From an uncultured Candidatus Saccharibacteria bacterium (GTDB lineage: Bacteria; Patescibacteriota; Minisyncoccia; GWC2-36-17; CAYHJU01), in contig CAYHJU010000001.1 in NCBI GenBank assembly GCA_964357175.1, forward strand, positions 32,871 to 96,870: 64,000 bases of DNA, read 5' to 3'. Below, piece by piece: positions 10,273 to 20,561 of this stretch; position 1 is the first letter of the stretch, and each line of letters starts with the position of its first letter. A model generated the notes under the pieces. It was given only the letters and a program-made list of their open reading frames with translations, was not told the DNA's origin and ran no database searches. Both the position numbers and the translations under genes were made by a program.

Positions 10273-10680
10273 ATGAAAAAAAATAAAGGTTTTACTTTAA
10301 TCGAGCTTTTAGTCGTTATCGCCATTATCGGTTTATTATCAACGATTGTTTTGGTTTCTTTAAACAGCGCCAGAAACAAAGCCAAAGATGTCAGAATTAA
10401 AGCCGATTTAGCTCAGGTTCGTTCACTTGCTGAATTGAATGCTGACACAAGCAATACATATGTTTTGGCAGTACCTTCTTCTTACTCCACTCAATATGCA
10501 ACTTTAACAGCTGATATCGATGCGCAGGTTCCTCAAACAGTAGTTTACAATGCCACTGCGACCGCATATGGTGCTTCAGCCCAATTAACAGGAACTGGCG
10601 CTTTCTGGTGCGTTGATAGCACAGGCGTTTCTAAGGCCGAGGGCGCAACTTTGGGTGTAGGGGTCACAGTTTGTCCGTAA
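10273..10680 (+). CDS. pilA: Type IV pilin, probable major pilin
   Basis: KG|FTLIELLVVIAIIGLL, WCVDS...C disulfide, followed by a strong terminator. Confidence 0.8.
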   Translation: MKKNKGFTLIELLVVIAIIGLLSTIVLVSLNSARNKAKDVRIKADLAQVRSLAELNADTSNTYVLAVPSSYSTQYATLTADIDAQVPQTVVYNATATAYGASAQLTGTGAFWCVDSTGVSKAEGATLGVGVTVCP

Positions 10681-10705
10681 TCATTTCTTGATGATGTTTG
10701 TATTA

Positions 10706-10738
10706 ATTCGGCGCCCCGCAAAGCGGGGCGCCGAATTG
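10706..10738 (+). terminator. Rho-independent terminator
   Basis: aattcggcgccccgc-aaa-gcggggcgccgaatt then gtttt. Confidence 0.75.
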
Positions 10739-10926
10739 TTTTATTTCATCACCACACCCAAAAATCATCCAACCTATTTTTAAGATTTTTTATTCTACTT
10801 TATTTTTAACGACCGTCAGTAAAAAGGTAGAATAAATTCATTCTGTAAAATACGAACGATCGTCAGCAAAATACAGAATAAAATAAGGCGTTCGAGTTTT
10901 TGTTAATTTTATCCTATAATTAAACT

Positions 10927-11733
10927 ATGCTTATCATAGAATCAATTTTAATATTTTTATTCGGACTTTGTATCGGCAGTTTCTTAAATGTCGTTATTTT
11001 TCGTGTATTGTCAGGAGAAAGCCTGCGTGGTCGCTCGCACTGCCAAAAGTGTCTCAAGACCTTAAGATGGTATGAGCTTTTTCCGCTTGCAAGTTTTGTC
11101 TGGCAAAAAGGCAGATGCCGTTCGTGTCAAGAAAAAATTTCCTGGCAATATCCTTTGGCAGAATTGATTACAGCAGTATTATTTTTGTTAATCTTCCAAC
11201 ATTTTTATGGCAACTGGGCCGAGATGATTTTATGGATTGTGGTCGCATCAGCTTTTGTGGTTTTATTTTTCACGGATTTGAAAGAATATATTTTGCCGGA
11301 TGTTATTGTGATTCCTCTGATTGCCGTTTTATTTTTATACCGCACATTTCAATCTTTTTATCTGGGGAGTTTTGATTTTTTTGCAAATTTTGTCATCGCG
11401 TCCTTTCTAATCGCCTTGCCATTTTTTCTTTTTTATGCGATATCAGGCGGGAGAATGATTCGGACAGGAATATTTAAAATAGAATGGATGGGCATGGGGG
11501 ATTCAAAGCTAATATTTTTGGCAGGTCTTCTTTTGGGTTGGCCCAAAATTTTGATAGCGGTAATGTTCGCGGTGTTTTTAGGGTCTTTGTGGGGAATTTT
11601 GTTGATGTTTTTAAAAAAGTTTACGCTCAAAAGCGCCATGCCTTTTGGACCTTTTATAATTTTAGGCGCGTTTCTTTCTCTGTATTTTGGTGATATAATT
11701 TACGAGTGGTATATCAATTGGCTATTTTTTTAA
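10927..11733 (+). CDS. pilD: Prepilin peptidase PilD
   Basis: GSFLNVVI.R, two CxxC, MGMGDSKL, MPFGPF. Confidence 0.93.
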   Translation: MLIIESILIFLFGLCIGSFLNVVIFRVLSGESLRGRSHCQKCLKTLRWYELFPLASFVWQKGRCRSCQEKISWQYPLAELITAVLFLLIFQHFYGNWAEMILWIVVASAFVVLFFTDLKEYILPDVIVIPLIAVLFLYRTFQSFYLGSFDFFANFVIASFLIALPFFLFYAISGGRMIRTGIFKIEWMGMGDSKLIFLAGLLLGWPKILIAVMFAVFLGSLWGILLMFLKKFTLKSAMPFGPFIILGAFLSLYFGDIIYEWYINWLFF

Positions 11734-11740
11734 ATTTTTA

Positions 11741-12268
11741 ATGGAAAATCCTTTAGATAAAAAGAATATAATGGGGTTCACGCTTGTTGAGCTTGCGGTT
11801 TCTATGCTGATAATTGGTCTTATATCAACTATCGTTTTGACTAATTATAACGCAGGCAGAAAACAGGAAGCCCTAAATCGTTCGGTCCAAAGATTGGCTG
11901 TGGCAATAAGACAGGCGCAAAATTACGCTCTTTTTTCCCGGGTTGGCACAAAATGCAGTACTCCCGCGGGGGGATACGGAATTTATGTGTCTTCTGCCTC
12001 ACAATATGTGATTTTTGGCGACTGTAGTGGAAATCGTTTGTATGATCTTGCCAGTGATGATTTAATCAGCACTATAAAGGTTGAATCCGACGTGCAAATA
12101 TCAAGCGCGTCACTTATATCTATGACGTTTGAGCCGCCAATAGGAAAGTTTTATTACAATGGTTTGGTGCCAACTGTATCCAATACGATTATTTTACAAA
12201 ATTCTTCTGATGTTACTAAACAGAAAATTACAAATATTTCCGCAAATGGGAGCGTGAGCGTGCAGTAA
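11741..12268 (+). CDS. Minor pilin (FimT/GspH-like)
   Basis: G|FTLVELAV N-methylation motif. Confidence 0.8.
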   Translation: MENPLDKKNIMGFTLVELAVSMLIIGLISTIVLTNYNAGRKQEALNRSVQRLAVAIRQAQNYALFSRVGTKCSTPAGGYGIYVSSASQYVIFGDCSGNRLYDLASDDLISTIKVESDVQISSASLISMTFEPPIGKFYYNGLVPTVSNTIILQNSSDVTKQKITNISANGSVSVQ

Positions 12269-12289
12269 TTTCAAATTTTAAAAAATAAC

Positions 12290-12868
12290 ATGATTAATTT
12301 TTTTAAAGGACAAAAAAACGGATTTACTCTCTTGGAAACGCTCGTAACCATAGTGGTTATCTCGGTGGGTGTTTTGGGTTCAATAAATTTAATAAATAAC
12401 AGTTTTGGCTTGGCGACCATCGCTAAAAATAAACTTATCGCCGCCGATTTGGCGCAAGAGGGGTTTGAGCTTGTGAGAAACATAAGGGATGTTAACTATT
12501 TAAATAACAATAACTGGCTACAAGGGCTTGATAGTTGTTTAACTTCCAGCGGATGCTTGATTGATCCCGTTTCGGGCGGTCAGGTTGTGACTGTGCCAGC
12601 TCCTTCTTCTATTGATGATGTTAAGATGTGCTATGGCACCAACGGATATTATTCTACTACGACAAATTGTGGCGCGTCTCAGGCCGTGAATTTTCAAAGA
12701 GTTATTAAAATTTCCCTAATTGGCGCAGGAGATGGGGGAATTAAAATAATTTCCAGAGTTCGTTGGCAAGAAAAGGGAATCTGGAAAGATTTTGGAACAG
12801 ATGGAGGCAATTTTGAATATCATCTTTGTGATTGGAAAAATCCAAATCCTAGTATTTCGTGTTATTAA
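12290..12868 (+). CDS. Minor pilin (PilV-like)
   Basis: G|FTLLETLV; LAQEGFELVRNIRD. Confidence 0.8.
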   Translation: MINFFKGQKNGFTLLETLVTIVVISVGVLGSINLINNSFGLATIAKNKLIAADLAQEGFELVRNIRDVNYLNNNNWLQGLDSCLTSSGCLIDPVSGGQVVTVPAPSSIDDVKMCYGTNGYYSTTTNCGASQAVNFQRVIKISLIGAGDGGIKIISRVRWQEKGIWKDFGTDGGNFEYHLCDWKNPNPSISCY

Positions 12869-12887
12869 AAAAAGACTTTAATTCATC

Positions 12888-13520
12888 ATGCTTAATCTAA
12901 AAAATAATAATCACAAAACGGGGCCTGCCCCCACATCTTACTGTTTTGATGGTGGGACAATTGATCAATTGGCCGATGGTGCTTATTTAGCTTTGAAACA
13001 TAAAAAAAACAACAAGGTGTGGGGGTTTTCACTAATAGAATTAGTCGTTGCCTTGGGTGTGTTTTCCGTTATCAGTATGGCGCTGGTGGGGCTTTTTGTT
13101 TCATCGTTGCGTGGTGAAAGAAAGGCGTTGAATATGCAACTTGCGCAAGACAACGCGAGATTGGTTATGGAAATAATGGTAAGAGAATTGAGAGATGGAT
13201 CTAATGTGGCTTTTGGTAGCGATCAAAATGTGTCATTTAACGACAAAAACAACACGCCGATTACTTATTCTGTGAGCGCCTGTAGCCCTCCCAATGTGAC
13301 CAATAATTGTATTAAACGCGCGGCCAGTGGAAGTACGATAGATCTGGGGAGTGAAAATGTGAGCACAACTAATCTCAAATTTTTTGGCGTGAGTTCAAGC
13401 GCGTCTTTAAATCAGCCTAGAGTTACGATTTTTTTCACTATGGAAAGCGGAATGGCGCCATATAGCTCTAATATAAATCTACAAACGACCGTTTCTTTAA
13501 GAAATATAAAGTTACAATAA
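12888..13520 (+). CDS. Minor pilin (PilW-like) with repeat insertion in the leader peptide
   Basis: G|FSLIELVV, C-terminal LQTTVSLR; abnormally long leader. Confidence 0.8.
   Translation: MLNLKNNNHKTGPAPTSYCFDGGTIDQLADGAYLALKHKKNNKVWGFSLIELVVALGVFSVISMALVGLFVSSLRGERKALNMQLAQDNARLVMEIMVRELRDGSNVAFGSDQNVSFNDKNNTPITYSVSACSPPNVTNNCIKRAASGSTIDLGSENVSTTNLKFFGVSSSASLNQPRVTIFFTMESGMAPYSSNINLQTTVSLRNIKLQ
12928..13025. mobile_element. MITE-like element, family B (CCCCCACA ends), inside pilin leader
   Basis: cccccacatctt 12928-12939 and aaggtgtggggg 13014-13025. Confidence 0.55.
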
Positions 13521-13521
13521 G

Positions 13522-13950
13522 ATGCGTGATATGATTTTAGAAAAATTTAAAAATCAGAGAGGGGTTAGCTTGTATCTGGGGATTATTATGCTCTCTTTGA
13601 TTTTTGCTATCGCCCTTATAATTTCCAATTTATTTTTAATTCGTCTGCAATTGTCGCGAGACATTTTAAATTCAGTACCATCTTTTTATGGAGCTGATTC
13701 TGCTTTGGAGTGCGCTCAATTGGAAATAACAAAACGAACCATAATAGACCCGGAGATTACTTGTTTGAGTTTGAAAGACTATATAATGGGCCCAACAAAT
13801 GGGGCGTGCAAACAAATCCCTATGAGCAATATGGTGAGTCCTGATTCTGCGGGCATAATTGATGCAACGTGCAGTGGCAATACTCTTGGCTCTTTGAGAT
13901 CAGCTGGATCTTTTAAAGGCACAAAACGTTCCACGGAAGTGAGTTTTTAA
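13522..13950 (+). CDS. Minor pilin (PilX-like)
   Basis: QRG|VSLY lacking E5; SFYGADSALECA. Confidence 0.75.
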   Translation: MRDMILEKFKNQRGVSLYLGIIMLSLIFAIALIISNLFLIRLQLSRDILNSVPSFYGADSALECAQLEITKRTIIDPEITCLSLKDYIMGPTNGACKQIPMSNMVSPDSAGIIDATCSGNTLGSLRSAGSFKGTKRSTEVSF

Positions 13951-16334
<2,384 letters not shown>

Positions 16335-16346
16335 CCGGCAATTTAT

Positions 16347-17789
16347 ATGTTAGATGAAAAATATACAATTGAAGATTTGCACGAAGGTTTTAAATCCAAA
16401 AAATTCAGCGCCGCTATGGTGGTGGAAAATTTTTTGAAAAGGATTGAAGAAAAAGACAAAGATATTTTTTCTTATCTTTTGGTGGATAAGGAGGGGGCTT
16501 TGGCGCAGGCAAGAGAGACAGACAAGCGCTTGTCTCAAAACTTAGATCTCCGCGAGCTTGAAGGCGTGCCAATGGCCATTAAAGACAATATTTTAGTTAA
16601 AGGTTTAAGATGTACGGCAGGATCTAAAATTTTGGAAAACTTTATCGCCCCATATGACGCAACGGTTATCAGAAAATTAAAAGATGCAGGGGCAATTATT
16701 TTAGGTAAAACAAATTTAGATGAGTTTGCTATGGGTTCGTCCACGGAGAATTCGGCTTTTGGGATAACGCATAATCCTTACGATTTTGATAGAGTGCCGG
16801 GCGGTTCATCTGGCGGCTCAGCCGCCGCCACGGCCAGTTTTCAGTGTATGGGCGCTTTGGGGTCCGACACGGGCGGTTCTATACGTCAGCCAGCGTCCTT
16901 TTGCGGCGTAGTGGGGTTGCGTTCTACCTATGGCAGGGTTTCACGATTTGGCGCTATTGCCATGGCATCTTCTTTGGATCAAATAGGCCCTTTTGCAAAT
17001 AGCGTTTCTGACGTAAGGAAAATTTTTAATGTTTTGTCTGGCCAGGATGAGCTGGACTCCACTACCGCGCCTAAAAATATTAAACCAGAGATACGCAAAA
17101 AAGATAAAGGTGGTACACTAAAGATTGGCCTCCCTAAAGAATATTTTTCTGACAGCCTTAATTCTCAAATGCGACAAAAAATGAATGAGGCCATAGAAGT
17201 TTTTACTAAAATGGGAGCAGAAATGAAAGAAATTAGCTTGCCCACTACGGATGTATCTCTGGCGACATATTATGTTTTAGTTCCGGCTGAAGTCAGCGCG
17301 AATTTGGCTCGCTACGACGGGGTGAAATATGGCTACTCAAAAGAGGCTGAGAATTTAATCGAAAATTATTTAAAGACTCGAAGGGATGGTTTTGGCAAAG
17401 AGGTAAGGCGCCGTATTTTTTTGGGGACATATGTTTTATCGGCGGGATATTATGATGCGTATTATCTCAAGGCCCAGAAAGTTCGAACAAAGATTATTGA
17501 AGATTTTAAGCGCGCGTTTCTTGATGTGGATTTTTTGCTTACGCCCACCACTCCTACGCCTGCTTTTAAAATAGGGGAAATGACCAAAGATCCATTGTCT
17601 ATGTATTTGGCGGACATCTTTACAGTACCGACAAGCGTCGCCGGACTTCCGGCCATATCTGTACCATTTGGGAAAGTTGACTATGAAAATAAAAATTTGC
17701 CTTTTGGTGTGCAAATAATATCTAGATGGTTTGATGAAGATAATCTTTTAGATATAGCCGAAAAATTTGAACAATTTTCTAAAATTTAA
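16347..17789 (+). CDS. gatA: Asp/Glu-tRNA amidotransferase subunit A
   Basis: GKTNLDEFAMGSSTENS, PGGSSGGS, GSDTGGSIRQPAS, NLARYDG. Confidence 0.97.
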   Translation: MLDEKYTIEDLHEGFKSKKFSAAMVVENFLKRIEEKDKDIFSYLLVDKEGALAQARETDKRLSQNLDLRELEGVPMAIKDNILVKGLRCTAGSKILENFIAPYDATVIRKLKDAGAIILGKTNLDEFAMGSSTENSAFGITHNPYDFDRVPGGSSGGSAAATASFQCMGALGSDTGGSIRQPASFCGVVGLRSTYGRVSRFGAIAMASSLDQIGPFANSVSDVRKIFNVLSGQDELDSTTAPKNIKPEIRKKDKGGTLKIGLPKEYFSDSLNSQMRQKMNEAIEVFTKMGAEMKEISLPTTDVSLATYYVLVPAEVSANLARYDGVKYGYSKEAENLIENYLKTRRDGFGKEVRRRIFLGTYVLSAGYYDAYYLKAQKVRTKIIEDFKRAFLDVDFLLTPTTPTPAFKIGEMTKDPLSMYLADIFTVPTSVAGLPAISVPFGKVDYENKNLPFGVQIISRWFDEDNLLDIAEKFEQFSKI

Positions 17790-17794
17790 AAAAC

Positions 17795-18334
17795 ATGCAG
17801 ATTTTTTTTGATATATATTACTTTTTTTATGACTTCTTCACTTCGAGCTCCTGGCAAAGCATTTATTTTTGGCTGCAAGTTTTTGCGGCTTTAGTGTCTA
17901 TCGCGTTAATTTTTGGCATAGTGGTTCTAACAAGAAAATTAAATACTGTGAAGGTGAAACTGAAAGAAGTAGAAACATTAATTGAAGGGGTTCCTCAATA
18001 TGAAAATCCAGTACTGCATGATTTTACAGACGAGTGGAAAGCGATAAATAAAAAGTTTGAATCAGGCCAACAGTCAGATTGGAAATTAGCTATAATGGAA
18101 GCGGATAATTTACTGGATAGTATTTTTCAACAAATGCGCGTATATGGTGAAGATATGGGTGAGAGATTAAAATCCTTGTCTAAAGAACAGCTAAGCAACA
18201 TAGACGATGTGTGGAAAGCGCACAAATTGCGCAATGAATTGGCGCATAGTTTTTCAAGCGAAGTGAGAGAAAAAGAGGTTAAGGCGGCACTTGACGCTTA
18301 CGAGCAAGCAATGAAATATTTAGGAGTCTTATAA
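17795..18334 (+). CDS. Conserved membrane-anchored hypothetical protein
   Basis: N-terminal TM; AIMEAD.LLD, GERLK, W.AHKLRN..AH (RxxxxH-like). Confidence 0.65.
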   Translation: MQIFFDIYYFFYDFFTSSSWQSIYFWLQVFAALVSIALIFGIVVLTRKLNTVKVKLKEVETLIEGVPQYENPVLHDFTDEWKAINKKFESGQQSDWKLAIMEADNLLDSIFQQMRVYGEDMGERLKSLSKEQLSNIDDVWKAHKLRNELAHSFSSEVREKEVKAALDAYEQAMKYLGVL

Positions 18335-18459
18335 CATAAAAGAATATAGAATCTAGGAGTTAGAATTTAGCAATAGCACAAACGGATTAGAAATCAGAGC
18401 TTGTAAATTTTTTGAAAACTGATAAAATTTTTAGCGTGTAATGCGTGGCATAAAAATAT

Positions 18460-18515
18460 GCGCCCGTAGCTCAGTGGTACCTGCCTGCCGGCAGGCAGGG
18501 AGCAGCTCCCTTTTA
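18460..18515 (+). pseudogene. Duplicated tRNA-Lys 5' half interrupted by the 20-bp palindrome
   Basis: gcgcccgtagctcagtggta [cctgcctgccggcaggcagg 18480-18499] gagcagctccctttta matches the tRNA at 18779 up to the base after the anticodon. Confidence 0.88.
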
Positions 18516-18522
18516 TATAATT

Positions 18523-18768
18523 ATGATTCAATATTACATTTATGCTATAAAGAGTTACAAAGACGGAAGATTATATGTAGGAATAAGTAGAAATCCGGAG
18601 AGTAGATTAATCGAGCACAATTCTGGAATGACAAAATCTACAAAACCTTTCCGACCGTGGAAAATTGTGTTTAAAAGATTTATTGGTGACAGGAAGTCAG
18701 CTAGGATTGAGGAAAAGAAATTAAAGTCAGGATATGGTAAAGAGTTCTTAAAAAAATTGACTAGATAA
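18523..18768 (+). CDS. Small GIY-YIG nuclease family protein
   Basis: YYIYAIKS...LYVGIS...RL.EHN.G..KSTK..RPW...E..LK. Confidence 0.9.
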   Translation: MIQYYIYAIKSYKDGRLYVGISRNPESRLIEHNSGMTKSTKPFRPWKIVFKRFIGDRKSARIEEKKLKSGYGKEFLKKLTR

Positions 18769-18778
18769 AAACAAACAT

Positions 18779-18854
18779 GCGCCCGTAGCTCAGTTGGTAG
18801 AGCAGCTCCCTTTTAAGGAGATTGTCGTAGGTTCGATTCCTACCGGGCGCACCA
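18779..18854 (+). tRNA. tRNA-Lys (TTT)
   Basis: Acceptor GCGCCCG/CGGGCGC, loop CTTTTAA, GGTTCGATTCC, encoded CCA. Confidence 0.95.
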
Positions 18855-18945
18855 ATTAGTGAGACCGACCGAGAGGCTTAAAATCAACCTTTTTGATCAA
18901 GTTTTAAGATAAACCGGTAATGTATGCATGCGCTACCTTCAAAGC

Positions 18946-18974
18946 TTGACTTTTTTAAAAAATAGGTATATAAT
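18946..18974 (+). promoter_or_regulatory. Sigma70-type promoter of the DGR target gene
   Basis: TTGACT-17 bp-TATAAT. Confidence 0.65.
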
Positions 18975-19096
18975 GTGTCTACACTTAAATCAGGTTCTTT
19001 AATAATATAAAACTTTCAATTTTCAGCGCATGAGGCGAGCGTTTAGCAGATTAAATATTTTATTCTCTTAAACGCTCGTCTCATGTGAGGCTGAGT

Positions 19097-19116
19097 CCCA
19101 CCTGTCGGTAGGCAGG
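19097..19116. repeat. Degenerate copy of the 20-bp palindrome
   Basis: cccacctgtcggtaggcagg. Confidence 0.65.
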
Positions 19117-19165
19117 CGCCAGCCCGAGCGTCTCGGGTATTTTCAAACTGTACAGGAGGTGTGCG

Positions 19166-19945
19166 ATGAGTAAAGACGTTGTAAGCCGTAGCCTGTCGGT
19201 GCATAAAGAGCACGAAGTGCTCCTGAAGCTCGAGGCCGCAGGTCTCACCGACGAACTCGCCCAGAAAGTCATCGGCTCCAAGGACAACGATCTTGCCACG
19301 AAGGTGGTGAGGTTGATTCAGAACGGTGGCTTTGAGGCCACCTCCTCCCAGAAGCGTGCCCGTGAGATCATGGGCAATAATTTCTTCGGCGTCGAAGAGA
19401 ATTTTAAACACTTCGGCATATACTACGCTATGGGTCCAGATGCCCGAAAGGCTCTTTCCGAAGTTCCCTTCACCGAAGAAGTTCTACAGGCGCACAAGGA
19501 CACTCACGTCCTCGTCGCAACCTTCCCACTTTCCATTCTCGACATTCGTAGCAAAGCTCCACGTAGCCTCTTCTACCGTCACGAAGACGCCTGGTGCAAC
19601 AGCCAGCGCTTTGCCAAGGACAAGGGAGAAGTCGCCTGGCATCTGGTCAGAAAAACCCCAGTTCAGAACTCCACCAACAGAACCTGGTCGGATCAGCAGT
19701 CTCTCCTTTCCCAGGATGAAGAAACTCCCACGGCCCGTGTCCTGACCTACACCATCATCGGTCACTTCCTGGCAACTGGAGAACGCCTGTTCGAACACAT
19801 CTATGTCCGTACATCGTCGGTGGTTTCGGACGACGACGGGGGCAGCGTTGGCTACTTCGGCTCCGGTGGTCTGCGCGTCGACAGCCGCTGGGATGACGGT
19901 CGCAGCGGCGATCTGGGTGTCTCGTCCTCCCGGAAGTCCAACTGA
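19166..19945 (+). CDS. Probable DGR target protein with C-terminal variable region (CLec-like)
   Basis: AGGAGG RBS; GC-richer than flanks; C-terminus RTSS...VGYF...GLRV...WDD.R...LGVSSSRK typical of DGR VR-bearing proteins; RT fragment directly downstream. Confidence 0.75.
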   Translation: MSKDVVSRSLSVHKEHEVLLKLEAAGLTDELAQKVIGSKDNDLATKVVRLIQNGGFEATSSQKRAREIMGNNFFGVEENFKHFGIYYAMGPDARKALSEVPFTEEVLQAHKDTHVLVATFPLSILDIRSKAPRSLFYRHEDAWCNSQRFAKDKGEVAWHLVRKTPVQNSTNRTWSDQQSLLSQDEETPTARVLTYTIIGHFLATGERLFEHIYVRTSSVVSDDDGGSVGYFGSGGLRVDSRWDDGRSGDLGVSSSRKSN

Positions 19946-19996
19946 ACATTGATCCGCCAGCTGGCGGATTGAAAATTTGATTCTTTTGAATCATTG

Positions 19997-20024
19997 AGCC
20001 CTCGGCGTAAAAACGCCGAGGGCT
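19997..20024 (+). other. GC-rich hairpin downstream of the VR (DGR recognition hairpin and/or terminator)
   Basis: agccctcggcgt-aaaa-acgccgagggct followed by tttc ttttt. Confidence 0.6.
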
Positions 20025-20098
20025 TTTCTTTTTATAAATATAGTAGGTATAATTTATACATCCCGCTAATGCAGGCGCGACTACGGTTTCGTCTCGCG

Positions 20099-20314
20099 GG
20101 ATATATAATTTTGCCGCATTATCGCTTATTACGCACAAAAACTAAACAGCGCATATTTAAAAAATTTAAAAATCGTGTGGGAGAATATAAGTCAGGTAAA
20201 ATTAGCAGGGATAAACTTGAACAATCGTTACAGTCCTATCTGGGCACTCTGTCTCACGCTGATGCTTATGACCTAAGCGAAGATTTGAAAAATCAGGTTT
20301 GGTTTTCAGGTTAA
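20099..20314 (+). pseudogene. C-terminal remnant of a DGR-type reverse transcriptase
   Basis: GYIILPHYRLLRTKTKQRIFKK...SLQSYLGTLSHADAY matches the (FL)GY motif 7 plus thumb; no YxDD region upstream. Confidence 0.75.
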
Positions 20315-20381
20315 ACGATTTTAATCTGTTTGGTCGCCATCGTGATTTTACTTTTGAGACAAGCCAGCTCATGTTGGAAAA

Positions 20382-20410
20382 TTGACACCTTTGTTGATTC
20401 GCGATAAAAT
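20382..20410 (+). promoter_or_regulatory. Sigma70-type promoter of the thr operon
   Basis: TTGACA-17 bp-TAAAAT. Confidence 0.65.
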
Positions 20411-20419
20411 GATATTAAT

Positions 20420-20482
20420 ATGACAAATAAACAAATTTTTACCACCACTACTACAACGACTACAACCACTTTTAGTGGCTGA
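20420..20482 (+). CDS. thrL: thr operon leader peptide MTNKQIFTTTTTTTTTTFSG
   Basis: Ten consecutive Thr codons using all four synonyms, directly upstream of thrA; below the ORF-track cutoff. Confidence 0.85.
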   Translation: MTNKQIFTTTTTTTTTTFSG

Positions 20483-20548
20483 GGTTTGTTGTTGAGATAT
20501 TTAAATATTATAAACACAACAGACCTTAGCCAAGAGGTCAATTTTTTT
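20477..20548 (+). promoter_or_regulatory. Transcription attenuator
   Basis: ggctgaggtttgttg (20477-91) pairs with caacagaccttagcc (20517-31); competing gacct/aggtc hairpin (20522-39) precedes a T7 run. Confidence 0.7.
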
Positions 20549-20561
20549 ACTTATTAAAATT

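Noticed and set aside
18460-18854. tRNA-Lys containing a group I intron with a homing endonuclease
   Set aside because: The downstream tRNA is complete with its own 5' half, and there is no room for a ribozyme core around the ORF.
19994-20098. N-terminal part of the 106-aa ORF as real protein
   Set aside because: It translates a hairpin and promoter-like sequence; RT similarity starts only at GY (20099).
20311-20541. 76-aa poly-Val ORF on the minus strand
   Set aside because: It is the antisense reading of the Thr-codon leader.
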